Positions 20,682-32,267 of a stretch of 32,267 bases of DNA are shown here, piece by piece (within the stretch, counting starts at the first letter, position 1; every line of letters starts with the position of its first letter). The DNA comes from Cystobasidiomycetes sp. EMM_F5 (taxonomy: Eukaryota). The position numbers and the translations under genes were made by a program. The DNA is taken from NCBI GenBank assembly GCA_051047955.1, contig JBPGPT010000066.1:1-32267 (forward strand). The letters run 5' to 3'. The notes beneath the pieces were generated by a model. That model was not told where the DNA came from. It saw nothing but the letters and a program-made list of their open reading frames with translations, and did not search any database.

Positions 20682-23600
20682 ATGTCGGGACTGGATCAGT
20701 CTCAAGTGGCGCCGTCTTCTCACGATGCAGCTGCAAATTGGAACTCTTCTGGGCATTTCGACAACGAACGGAGCAATAGCCTTCATAAAGATGCACAACG
20801 AGCACCCATACACCTGGCCAATATATCATCACATTCAGCAGAAAGCAGCACTCGCATGTCGCTTCTAGATGACCACGATCGAGGTATCGAACAGCAAGAA
20901 TCTCCAGCAATCTCGCCCACAGCAATGGCTTCTGACTCTGCAGACGACAGGCCGCTGACTATATCAGACGTATCGGCGTCCTCCCCTTCAGTCTCGCCGA
21001 CTCTGCAGCCTCTAAACACCCAATCTCTGCAACCGCCACCACTTTCATCTGTGGACCTTGCAGCCGCCACTGTCGCCCCAGTCGCAGCTTCCGAGAACGC
21101 TATCGCAGCCAGTGAACAACATGCTGGCTTGGAGCGTGTTCAGTCGTCACTCCCGCGGCCACCGCTGAATCGGGCTGGGACCGATCCGTACCCACACACA
21201 AACGCCTCTCAATCTGGTACTTCTTCCTTTCGCATGTCGTCCCAACAAGCAAACATGTTTGGTAGTCATCAACCTCCAGTAGCTGGGCCGTCTCGACCGC
21301 CTCGCTATGCCGATCCTGACACGCACTGGCTGTCTGAAGACGAAGGGGAGCAACATACACGAGATGTGACATCGCGCAGGCGCATACCTCGCTCACATAG
21401 GAGACACGATGGGCACGACCACGATGATTTTCAAGACGGTCACGGCAGCGATAAATCTGGCGACGCTTCCAGCAAGGCCTCGGCACTGTACAATCTGTTG
21501 GCTGGTGCGCACGACGTCGCTCAATCACATCGGGGCCCACGTGTCTCACACAAACCGGCAACGGTACATGCTCAGCCGGAAGGACTGCTCGCTTCGTATG
21601 CTCGCGACTATCGCGCAAATATACAAGATGCATCCCAAGTACCGCGAAAGTTGCTAGCGAGCTTGCGCTGTCCTGCATGCAGACACATCTATCAAGACCC
21701 CGTCACTCTTCGGTGTGGCCATTCTCTATGTCTGGCATGCTGTGCTGCGCCTGTCCGACGGCGCAAGAATTCCAACAAAGACGAGTCTTTAGTGGCGCAA
21801 ACCGCCACCGATTCAACAGAACAACGTCTATCTCGCGCCACTGGCAGTAGACTGGGACTTGAACGAATCAAAGACGACCGTAATACAGCTGCAGATACAT
21901 CGCATGAGATTGCGAATGAGCACTCGGACGCAACGGCAGACACCGCCGAGGAGGCAAGAAATTCCATCGGGCAACCGCAGCCGACTGCACCGAAAGCACA
22001 CAAAGTACTCCTCGAAGATACATTGTGCAAAGTCTCAGGCTGCGACACCTTGACTCGTGCCAAAGGACCGCATCGGGATGGGTACTCGATCGATTATGTG
22101 CTACATAAATTGACCGATATCGTTCGAACGTATTATACCGACGATGAGCTGATTATCAACTACCATGCCATTGATGAGATAGATGCGGCTACACTTCGAT
22201 ATCGACACGATGTTTCTTCCATCCCGGTAGGCGGAGGTGCCAGCCGGCATTCCTGGGATGGCGGCGATGTAAGATCATTTACCGATGCGTCTTTGATGGT
22301 ATCGGGAGAAGGAGATTCCCCGTCGCCCCAGTCGTCAGTCAGCAGCATCGAGGATACCCCAAAATCCGATTCTGACCTCTTGAAGCGCTCGATGGGCCGA
22401 CGAAAAGGTCAACCAAAGATGAGCAAGCGAGCCAAGGCGGAGAAGGATACTCCACGACAGTTCGCTGGCGCTTTGACGTCTAAGTCGAAACCATTCTCGA
22501 TCAATGAAGACAGGAAGATGCACATGCGCGAATTGCCGATGGAGGCAAAGCCCTCAGACTTGCCGGCAGAGCCGTACTTACCCACTCTAGTACTAGATAC
22601 CCTGTCGGAACTCGAGTGTCAAGTATGTGTTACCCTCATCTACGAGCCACTAACCACGACATGCGGGCATACGTTCTGTAAAAGGTGTCTATTCCGATCG
22701 CTGGACCATTCGTCAAATTGCCCGCTATGTCGCAGTCAATTGCAGGGCTTCAACTACTTCCTGTCGTCACCATTTAATCAAACATTGGTCAAGTTGGTGA
22801 CGTCGTGTTTTCCGGCCCTTTACGCAGAGCGAAAGATGCTCATCAAGCAGGAGGAAGATGCTGTCGGGCTAGATACTCCTCTCTTCATCTGCATGGTCTC
22901 ATTCCCAACATTGGCGACTAATCTACACATCTACGAACCTAGGTATCGTCTGATGATGCGGCGGGCAATGGACAACAATCGTCGCTTCGGCATGCTTCTT
23001 CCGTCTAGGGCAAACGGAGGTGTTGCTCAGTACGGCACTATGCTAGAGATACAAAATCTGCACTTGTTTGAGGATGGTCGATCTATAGTGGAGTCTGTCG
23101 GCGTTCATCGCTTCAAGGTGCTGGAGTCTGGCACGCTGGATGGGTATACCGTTGGACGGATTGAACGCATCGAGGACATCGATGATGAGCAGGAAGATGA
23201 GCTGGAACGTCTTGCCATGATCCGCAACGAAGCACGGCGAGCGGCTCGCGCTACAGCAGAATCCGTAGAGTCCGTTAAAAGCTCTTCGAGCCAAGCAAAC
23301 GCTGCTAGCGGCACTGCTGCAGTGCCATCCAGTCCGCTGCCGGCGGCCCATGGTGCACCAATGGCAAGGACAGATTCTTCGCAGAACGCTGCTTTTGACA
23401 ACGAGGCATCTGGCGCTGAGTTTGAGCTGAGCAATAAGGAGCTGGTGAATCAGTGTCGAGGATTTGTGGAGGCTTTGCGCACCGGCTCAACACCTTGGCT
23501 GATTCAACGGCTCAATGACACGCTCCCACCCATGCCTGAAGATCCTCGTGACCTGACTTGGTGGATGGCTACGTTGATGCCGGTAGATGATCACGAGAAG

Positions 23601-23766
23601 GCACGTCTGCTGCAGGTGTGTGAAATACTGTTGCATTTGACGTGATAAAGCTGACGATTGCGCTTCGTAGATCACGAGCTATCGCCTCCGACTACGGTTG
23701 ATAGTGCACTGGATACAGCAGATGCAAAACTCGTGGTGGTTTACACGCGGTTGTACCATCTGTTAA
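20682..23766 (+). CDS. LON peptidase N-terminal domain and RING finger protein (LONRF-type E3 ligase). Exons 20682-23615 and 23671-23766
   Basis: Two RING-like motifs (CPAC..CGHSLC..C and CQVC..PLTTTCGHTFCKRC..CPLCR) and a LON substrate-binding domain (LHIYEPRYRLMMRRAM..FGM..YGTMLEI..DGRS..GVHRFKV). Intron 23616-23670 (GTGTGT..GCTGAC..TAG) adds ITSYRLRLRLIVHWI..GCTIC*. Confidence 0.92.
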
Positions 23767-24248
23767 ACTTCGTCATCACGGCATTACACATTCGCTCAGC
23801 ATAATTTGGCACGGATCTGACAAGCACGCACGAATGCACGCACTGCGTCAAATCTCGCCGCCTACACATTTAATGTATCATCAACATTGCCACCGGCATC
23901 GCAAGAGCTCTCATTGTTATCGTCTCGTTCACACAGTACAGCATAGTATCAGCAGTTTCCGCTGTGGAACTGTCTGATTGTACCCATAACCCGCATTTAG
24001 CTTTTGGGATTTACTGTATCGTATACCATCAAGCCATCTCGGACTGGAAGTCAATGACTACACACATTGACTGATGCTTAAGCGACTATCCTCGTATGTC
24101 TGACGCTTGGTTGTGTACCTTGGATTTATGAAGCTTTCGGGCCCAAGATGATACATCACTATGTATGTCTAAGTTCGGGCTGCTAGGACAACAACTAATG
24201 CGAAGCTCATCTATTTGCACTGATTCTGCGATTCTGCGTTATTTTCAA

Positions 24249-25401
24249 TCAATATCGCAGCTCATCTAATTCTACCCAGACGCTTCTGTCATTGCCGTGA
24301 AGCTTGTCGATAAGCTCAAGCGCTTTACGATTCCTATCATCTGCGCCCAGAATCCAGGTCCCGTTGTCTGAATTGTCTTCTGTCCGCAGCCACTCAACAA
24401 CCGAGCGATTCCGACGCATGGCTTTCGCTGCGTGCCAGTTCCGTCCCGCGGTGCTGTCTTGGGCGAAGTCAGGGTCTTGGCGTCCGATCCAGCCCGCCAG
24501 AGCAAACACTCTTTCCGGGGAGACATTGGTGCGGCCTCGCTTGAAGCAAAGGCGAGAAAGAAGATATGCGCAGACTGTAACATCTTGACCTGTGGAGAAT
24601 GACTTGGACGGGGGCCGTCTGCTAGAAGGGTTGTACGGAATGACGAAGCGGGCTAGGAAGTAACACCATTTGCTGTCCCAGGCTACGACTGTGGCGGATG
24701 TCAGTAGGTGGGGCAACTTCGGCAATGGCTTTAGGCCTACTGCGCGTTTCGGTAGTATAAGTCGTGAAGATTGGAATCTCCCGTAAATAAACGAAGGAAG
24801 TGCCTGTGATTAATGTTGATTTAGCTTAGCATCACAGCCGGAGCTGAGCCGACATACTGCCCAGAAGCGTTATGATTTTGTCTTGACTGAATGGCGCGCC
24901 GACAAAGTCGGATGCGAATGCCATTCGCGCAAAGTCGCCCTGTTGAGCGTACACGCTGTTGCTCATGTGCCTTTCCATCGAAGCTTTAGGCGGCATACCA
25001 CGAGTACAAATTGTGCCAAATGCAACTCACATATTGTAATCTGCCTCTGCAAATCCCACTTTTTGGCTTCGAACGGTGACGATTTCGAACGGATCGCATC
25101 CTATGCCTCCGAGAGCCAATTCTCCTTTCTGTAGAGCCATTCCTTTCTGCCGCAGTGTCGGCTTTCGCAAGCCCCATTGTGCCAGATCAAACCTCAGACG
25201 TGCTCTGAGAGCTATGCCCAGGAGCTGAAGATGCCATCTGAGTGGAAGGGCACCGCGATTGATGAAGAGAAGCCATGCGAAGAAGATGATTTTGTAGGAC
25301 AGCCGTGAGATGTACCCTTGGCGGATGGAGAGGGCTGTAGCCAAGAGGAGTAATGCTCCATTGCGTGTTGGCTTGAACGCTCTTAGCCAGAAGTTGGTCA
25401 T
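24249..25401 (-). CDS. HotDog-fold thioesterase-like protein (THEM6/YBR096W-like) with an N-terminal membrane anchor, 4 exons
   Basis: Three GT-AG introns give INRGALPLRWH..EADYNMHMSNSVYAQQGDFAR..LGSTSFVYLREIP..YTTETRIVAWDSKWCYFLARF, matching the DxNxHxxNxxY HotDog motif. Confidence 0.85.
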
Positions 25402-25848
25402 TTCTTCCTTCTCGTCGCCTAGGGGAGAAGATGTTGTAACAACCGTGAAATAAGGAGTCGAGGATTTCACCTTTGAGCACTTCACCGTGCGAGCACACTA
25501 ACTGAGTGCCTGCATTTGTGTGCTTGCTCGCACCGAGAGGAAAATCTGGCTGCCGCTAGGCGGGTATGGCGACGACATTTGCCGGTCTTTTAGCATTATC
25601 GACTTATGAAGATCTGAAATGCAAGTATATAATGGCAACAGGCCGACCTAGGCTGTATCGGGTCATCTTTCGCGGATTGTCCCAAGGAGGCCTTTGTCAT
25701 ATAGTTGGTTAGTATATCGGTCTCATATCTCGTCATATGACAAGCAGTCGCTTGGTTATCCGGACACCGGAGTTCGAATCTCCGCGAAGGCAGTCCAAAG
25801 GACTTTTTTATTGCTTTCGATCTGCATATTTGTGAACAGATCCGAAAA

Positions 25849-25884
25849 ACTTTGGCTGGCAACCACTTTGGCTGGCAACCACTT
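25849..25884. repeat. Perfect 16-bp tandem duplication (ACTTTGGCTGGCAACC x2 + ACTT)
   Basis: Read directly from the sequence. Confidence 0.85.
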
Positions 25885-26604
25885 GCTTTCTACTCTTGAA
25901 GGGCGAGAGAATGTTGCACGCAAACCACAGATGTGAAGTTCTCCATGTATTCATCTACTCTGATGTTCATTTCAGGATTTAAGAACCAATTTTCTTCAGA
26001 TCTTGAAGCGTCCCCGCAATGCGCACCTTTGTGAATTTGGCACGCCTTCTGCAAATTCGACCATTGTCGCATCTTCATGAGAGGGCTGGGGCTGCCATCA
26101 CTCATGATGCATGCAGGCTTGCCTTACTTGAACTTCAAACCGCATATCATTTGGCAATGTATCGTTCAGGTTTTATAAGTTAAAGCTTACCCGAACGCTG
26201 CAAACACTATCATCATACATGGTCAACAAAGGAGCTGGATCTAATGTTATTATTCGTACAGGAGACCTTTTAAACTCTTTATCCGAATTTCTCTTTCAAC
26301 TTGACACATATCCGTTTGCTTCACCTCCCTGTTACTGTCGCTGCCACAAAGGGCCTCGATAGCCGCCGTATAAGGTTTCAACAGCATCTAACAGTGTCTG
26401 TATGCTCTATTCAGAGTGTTGCAGCAGACTGCCAGTGATGCGAATAGCTACAGTAGTTACGCGCTTTGACCACCCCTGATGGTAGCGGTTGCATCCTCTA
26501 GATCTGATTCTACTACACGCGCGCTCACAGAACCTATTCGTTGGTTGCCATTACCCTCTACGACCTTCCTCAAAAGCTGCTCCGCGCGTCTGTAGCTGAT
26601 TACG

Positions 26605-27962
26605 ATGCAGCCCGCAGCCAAAGTTGGGACAGGCTCTGCAGAGTCGGCGGCACGGCAAAGCAACGAGGTGAACGCCCTGCAGGATGGTAATACTGGCAAG
26701 GAAAAGGCAGCAAACGCAACTGACAATGCCGTAGTGCTACACACATGCGCAACGATGCAGTCACCGGCCCGCTGTACTCTCTTGGACCTCCCCCGCAAAG
26801 TACTTCTCAATATTTTCGCTCAGTGCGACGGCAATGTGCGTTTGAGTGAGTGCTCCACGTCAACAGCAAATCGAAATGCATCTGACCTAATCAATGGACC
26901 AGCGTACGCGACCAATTGCTCGACAATATGCGACATTGTCACAGAAATTGGCGTGCCTGATGTGGGGCTGGAACTGGAAATCACCAGCAGGCGTCTTCAA
27001 CGATATGCAACCTCACCGAGCACGACTCCAAGGCTACGAAAACTCCTCATGAGCCGTCAGACAATTTTCGTTCGATCTAAGCACTCTGATCTGGAAAAGT
27101 ATGCTGCTGAAGCTGTGCCAAAGGAGCTCTACGTCCCCATTATCAGACCGAGGGCTCTACATGTAGACGTATCACATGCACCACATGTTGAATACTGGCG
27201 TTGCCTCGACAGCAGTAGAATACGCGACTTGTCCCTCTCTATGATTCTTATAGAAGAGGGCGGTATCGTACCCGACGGTGCCCTTCAAGCAGCAGGGAGA
27301 CTGACGATTGAAAGCGCGACTACCGTCAGGGAACTTACGCTGGAGGACATACCGGACTTCGACATAGACGAAAAGTACCAAGATGTGCAGTTCACACGCC
27401 TTGCAAGTTTCAAAACGAACGAATGCCGCCCTCCGTTAACAGAACGAGGGCTCTATGCGTCAATTTTGTCAAGAAGCCCACGTTTGACCTGTCTATCTAT
27501 CGCCTATTACCCGGAGGACAGACATGCGTTATTGAGTTTGCTTCGTCTTTGTGGGCGCACACTCACCTCACTGGCCCTTGAAGCATACGGGGTAGGTGAC
27601 CACATACAACAATGGTCTCAAGACGATAGCCGAGACTGCATGGCTTCACTCCCTTCACTTGAGACACTCAATTTGGCAAGTTTTGATATACCGTTGAATG
27701 CCCTGGGTAAATTACCTGTGTTATCACGACTCACTCTTCAGGAATATCGCTTTCCTCGCTTCTCAAAAGTAATAATTGGCTACCTACCTTGAAGCGTATC
27801 GATATTACCTCACCTCCTGATCAGGAGGCAATGGCTCAGCGAATGGAGCTAGACGACTTAGAGCGTCTGCAAAACTCCCCGGATGAGCAAGACATCCACG
27901 CGGACGAGATAGAGCGGCTCTGCCAGATCAGAGGCATAGACATTTCTGTAGACTACTCCTAG
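26605..27962 (+). CDS. F-box / LRR-like protein; probable in-frame intron 26846-26902; frame discontinuity near 27707-27760 (possible pseudogene)
   Basis: F-box-like TLLDLPRKVLLNIFAQC; LRR-like LxxLxL repeats (IRDLSL, VRELTL, LTCLSI, LTSLAL, LETLNL, LSRLTL). The main frame stops at 27792, but a protein-like tail (WLPTLKRIDI..IERLCQIRGIDISVDYS*) continues in another frame to 27962. Confidence 0.72.
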
Positions 27963-28163
27963 GTACTCAGGTAGGCGGTATACGTCCCGCTGAAACAAAC
28001 AGCTGAATTTGACGTCATATTAGCAAGGATAGACGGATATCCGATTGATTGCATTCTGGTCGGCTACCTCAGTAGCAGGCAATAATAGATGCGTTTATAC
28101 ATGATCAACCGGCTCTGCTGCCGGATCTTGACGCCAAAATGTTCGGTGCTGCAAGTGACACAG

Positions 28164-29071
28164 CTAGATTTCACTCTGCTCATCATCCTCATCTTCCCAT
28201 CGTCTCCTTGAGCGCGGCGTCGTAGGAATCTCCTTGTAGCCGTCGGGCGAGCCGTTTCTCGCATGTATGACGCCGGCGGCAAGAAGACAGCCGAATAGGA
28301 TTATATCGGTACCCGTCGATATTTGCGATAGTATGAATGCCTTGGACAGTCGCGCACCTGGAGTAAAGCGGTCTGTTGTGCGTAAGAGGTGAACCATGAA
28401 GCTAGTCGTTATTAGTTGACAAACAGCTACAGAAACAATCATAAGCACGCCCAGCGGCCTAACAGAATCATCCATGTACGCACCGTTGGCGAGAATGAAG
28501 CCGGATAGCACTTTCCAGCCATGGTTGCGAAAGTGCCGACCTCGGGCTACCTACAAAGAGCAACGATGAGTGGCTAGTCATGCACTCTCGCATTAATTGG
28601 GATCCGCACGATGATTATATGCGCGATGAGCGCGGCCACGCCAAAGACTGCAGCAAGCTGTGCCGTATACTGGGGGAGCGGGTTTTAAGTGTGGAAGCCG
28701 CAGTGAAGGAGCCCTACTTACGCCCGCCGTTCGATAATAGTCACAAAAAGTAAACGGCTTGTGCCAGCTTGCCCCGCCTGGCAGATCTTGTGGTCGACTA
28801 CAGTCGGTTCCCTCAATTGGAAACGGTCGGCATTGCCTCTTTCCGTCAACACCATAGTTGCACGTTGTAAACAATCCCCACAACGTCCTCAGAACGATTC
28901 CGACATGCGGCGGGGCTTTATAGACTATCCTGTAAGGGCGATCTAGATTAGAGCGGACCGTCACTTTCGACATTCTCCGGCTCACCAGTCCAACCTGTTA
29001 AGACTCGCAAGGTTGAGACAAGTGGAGAAGAGGGTGAATGCGAAGCTTCCAGCGTATATGCTGACCCGCAT
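28164..29071 (-). CDS. Claudin/PMP22-like tetraspan membrane protein, 4 exons
   Basis: Three introns (GTGAGC..CAG, GTAAGT..CAG, GTGCGG..TAG) give MRVSIYAGSFAFTLFSTCLNLASLNRLDW..LWGLFTTC..QCRPFP..FCDYYRTAGYTAQLAAVFG..GWKVLSG..Q..: a W-GLF-C-C signature and four hydrophobic helices. Confidence 0.8.
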
Positions 29072-29411
29072 GACGAATTATCTCGCCAGAACTGGAGACT
29101 TTGGCGAATGGATAAGCCTGCCTCAACCGGGAGAGCAAGTCAGACCGGTCAGTAGTAATCGTCAGGCAGCGCAGTTCGCCAGAAGCTGAAAGATGAAGCC
29201 AGGTCTCTTCGTTGCCGGCGCCAAAATCGATCATGGCCGCCACTGAGCATGACGGCCGACTCAAGACAGCAACGCTGTCCACTTGTCTGCAATTCTAATA
29301 CAAATAATAATGATTATGAAAATCTGAGTCTGAGTCTGCATACGATATCTGCCATAAACCTGTTCCGGTCTACCTTGCAAAATACATGCTGTGCCAAGTA
29401 GCGCGGATGGA

Positions 29412-32015
29412 ATGGCGAACGAGAATGTCTTTGCAGAGTACATTATAAGCACGCCGGCCCAGTTCTGGCAGGGTAAGGAGGACTCAAGAGCAGAGATGAG
29501 CGGTAACCTGATGCCAGATCTCGCGCATTGCAGAACTGGATGAAACGCTCAGTGTTCCGTCAAAGGCCACCCTCGAGCAGATAGACCTGGCGCTACGCAC
29601 AGTCATCTATTTCTGTGCAAGATACTATCGTGCGATGCATTTGCGACTGTCTCTATTTCATCGACGCTAATTGTGTCGGCTGTAGATGAGTTTCTGTCAG
29701 GCGAGCGCGAGCTCGATTTGGCCGTCCGAATGCTACTGTCGAGCAGATTCTACACGTCACACTCAGACAGGATGGTCAGTCTGCTGATGGATCTTGTGGA
29801 AACGGTAAGTCGCGTATTGCGGGCGCACTCGCATAGAACTTACAGTGCGATCCAACAATGCAATGTCGTTTGACAACCATTTGGCTGCCCTGCAGCGTCA
29901 GAGTCAAGACCCAACAGATTCAGTCCCTCGTCTATATGTGCTTCTGCATGCACTGCGCTTACACGGGCATGAGAAACCCCATGTGTTCAAGCTGCTTCGG
30001 CAGCCCCGGCAAAGCGCATACACCAGTACATCGAGACCCTTCATACAGCTGCTCACAGAAATATTGTCTAGGACGGAAGAGGAAGCCCACGCTAGCGGCT
30101 CTGCTAGCAGTGTGGAAGGGCGGATCGGCTTCGAGGCAACAGACTTGGTCTACGAGATATTGCGGGTCAAACGGCTAACACCGGAGGAAATACGTACGTA
30201 GATTTACTGTCGCTCTCGCCTTTCAATATACGCCAGCTCACGATCCTCCCATTCTAGCTTTATTCTCCGAGGCTTTTATTACGCATCTATTCGAGATTGT
30301 TGAGTCGACCAGAGACGGTGACGAAGCATACAATTATGCAGTCGTCAGACTCATAGTCAGTGCTGACACCTTTACGAATTGCGAGATGCATACTGATTAC
30401 TTTCCTGCTAGATCGCGCTAAACGAACAATTTATGGTTGCGAGCTTGGAGTTGTATCTACCGACCTCTAGCTCACATTCGCAATCGCCTGGTGCGCTGTC
30501 ACATCCCAAACCGCCAAGTGAGGCCGGAAGGAACACGCCAAAGAAGCAGCAATCTCTATCTACGGAGGCATCAAATCTGGTGTTGAAGATTCTGCGGCAG
30601 AAGCTCGGAGAAAGTAAGACATTTGGAGAGAATCTCATATTTATCCTGAATCGTCTTAGTAAGCACATGACTCACGCAGCTGTAATCTGAATTGCCAATT
30701 GATGACGTCTGTGTTACTCTGATCAGACAGCAACAGTAACGGGTCGACCCCAGAAGATCTGTGTGTTTCTTTGCTTATACTCAAGATACTCTACCTTCTG
30801 TTCAGCACCGCTTCCACATCGGAGTACTTCTACACCAATGACCTCCGTGTCTTGGTTGATGTATTTATTCGGGAATTGTTGGATTTACCGGAAGAAAGCG
30901 AAGGCGTAGGTCGTAAAATCTGCGTTTTGACGATACGAGCTGAATCGCGGCAATAGTTACGCCATACATATCTCCGCGTCCTGCATCCGCTCATGACCAA
31001 TACGCAACTACGCACATATCCCTACAAACACCAAGCAGTGCGAGCTTGCCTCCTCTCTCTACTCTCAGATGAGCACCTCCGTACAGTCAGTCCCACTACG
31101 CGACGTTTGGTTGAGCGAAATCTTCGAGCCGATTGGTGCTCAGCCCTCTCACCACCACCAGCAAGCAAGAGCGAAATTGATGCAGAGGCAAAGATTGCGC
31201 AGCGACTGAGCACTATTGCACTTAAAGGTCCAGCTACCCACATGCGAAGGGAAGGTGAAGAAGTCTCGCCGATCTCGCCAGCCGGTGTAATGGAAAACGG
31301 CTTGCTCGGCTCAGCTATGCCACCGGGGCTTACACAGAGTACCTTGAGCGTGAATGAGGTGGCGGACGCTGCACATCCTCGCCAATTTGGCTTTTTCCGA
31401 AAAAATCGTAGGTTGAGCGAGAAGAAGGAAAAGCCAAAGAAGGTACCCCCTCCAGTAGATCGCAGCCTTCGGAAACATCGCTCGCACGCCAATCTGTGCC
31501 CATCCGATCACATCGTGCACCATGGCAACGCCAGCACGCCGCAACTACCCTTGTCTATCATGCAAGGATCAAGCAGACTAACCGCGTCGGCTTCGGCAGA
31601 TGCACTGCACGCACACAATGGTGTGGCGGAAAACACCAAGAAAAACCGTATACCGCCCCCTCGTCCCCCGAAAAATCGTACTAGCGACGTGGACCGCGCT
31701 TCATCCGATAGCCGACCCGTCACTCCCCCTCCGCAACCTGATAACGCCAGTCATCTCTCGCTGCCAGTCGGGACTGACACGTTGGCTCCACCATCTCCTA
31801 GATCTGTTGGGACAGATGGGAGCTCTGAGCGCTTGGATCATCATGCCGAAGCTCCATTGGCACCGGCATCAGCAGGCTTACGCGCCAAATTCAGAAGAGC
31901 GCCGCCTCCGACACCTTCGCGCAAGCGCGCTGGTACCAATGCCAGCGCACTATCAGGCCTGTCAACGACATCCACCGAGCCGCCGCCTATTCCCGATCAC
32001 CCACTGCCAGCGTGA
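29412..32015 (+). CDS. LDB17: LDB17 / Dip1 (WISH/DIP/SPIN90 family Arp2/3 activator) with a proline-rich C-tail, 8 exons
   Basis: Seven GT-AG introns; motifs [77 protein letters not shown]; PxxP-rich tail ([15 protein letters not shown]). Confidence 0.92.
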
Positions 32016-32024
32016 GTGGTTATG

Positions 32025-32267
32025 TTATATCGTAGCAATCAAAATGGAAGCATGCATCGATAATTGCAGAAGTACTAAGCGAAGAAGATCATTCTGTAGG
32101 CAGGTTGTGAGATGTATCTTGGCGAATGAAGGGCTGTTGCTTACGTGCCTTTCCGTCGAAGCTTTAGGCGGCATACCACGGAGTACAAATTGTGCCAAAT
32201 GCAACTCACATGTTGTAATCTGCCTCTGCAAATCCCACTTTTTGGCTTCGAACGGTGACGATTTCGA
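32025..32267 (-). pseudogene. Truncated near-identical duplicate of the thioesterase-like gene (end of exon 1, intron 1 and the first codons of exon 2); continues past the right edge
   Basis: 32133-32267 matches 24955-25088 with 4 substitutions and 1 indel, intron included. After H(V/M)SNS the homology stops and the frame ends at TAA 32027-32025. Confidence 0.75.

Noticed and set aside
21100..23434. Minus-strand ORFs inside the LONRF gene
   Set aside because: Antisense shadows of a well-supported plus-strand CDS.
29290..29345. AAT-rich run and (CTGAGT)2 upstream of LDB17
   Set aside because: Short low-complexity promoter/UTR sequence; no specific element can be assigned.
1..32267. Mating-type locus, secondary-metabolite cluster, transposon, tRNA/rRNA or prokaryotic defence system
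   Set aside because: No homeodomain, pheromone/receptor, PKS/NRPS, transposase/RT, terminal repeats or structural-RNA signatures recognised; the window is spliceosomal-intron-rich fungal DNA.

Overview
Gene-dense eukaryotic window. Short (about 55-100 nt) GT-AG introns with CTRAY-like branch sites and fungal gene families point to a compact basidiomycete genome; a Pucciniomycotina-type fungus is my inference. Manual splicing supports 14 protein-coding genes: two tandem orphan paralogues, an MCH-type MFS transporter, an af470/DUF4188-like monooxygenase, a disordered unknown protein, an intronless deoxyribose-phosphate aldolase, MOB1, an NTR2/GCFC splicing factor, MOB4/phocein, a LON-N/RING (LONRF-type) E3 ligase, a HotDog/thioesterase-like protein, an F-box/LRR gene with a frame problem, a claudin-like tetraspan protein and LDB17/Dip1. 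A near-identical truncated duplicate of the thioesterase gene lies at the right edge. The most novel signal is at 1-5280: three copies of an unrecognised helical domain of about 130-160 aa (two in one gene, one in its neighbour), each split by a phase-0 intron at the same aligned position. No rRNA, tRNA, CRISPR array or recognisable transposon was found.
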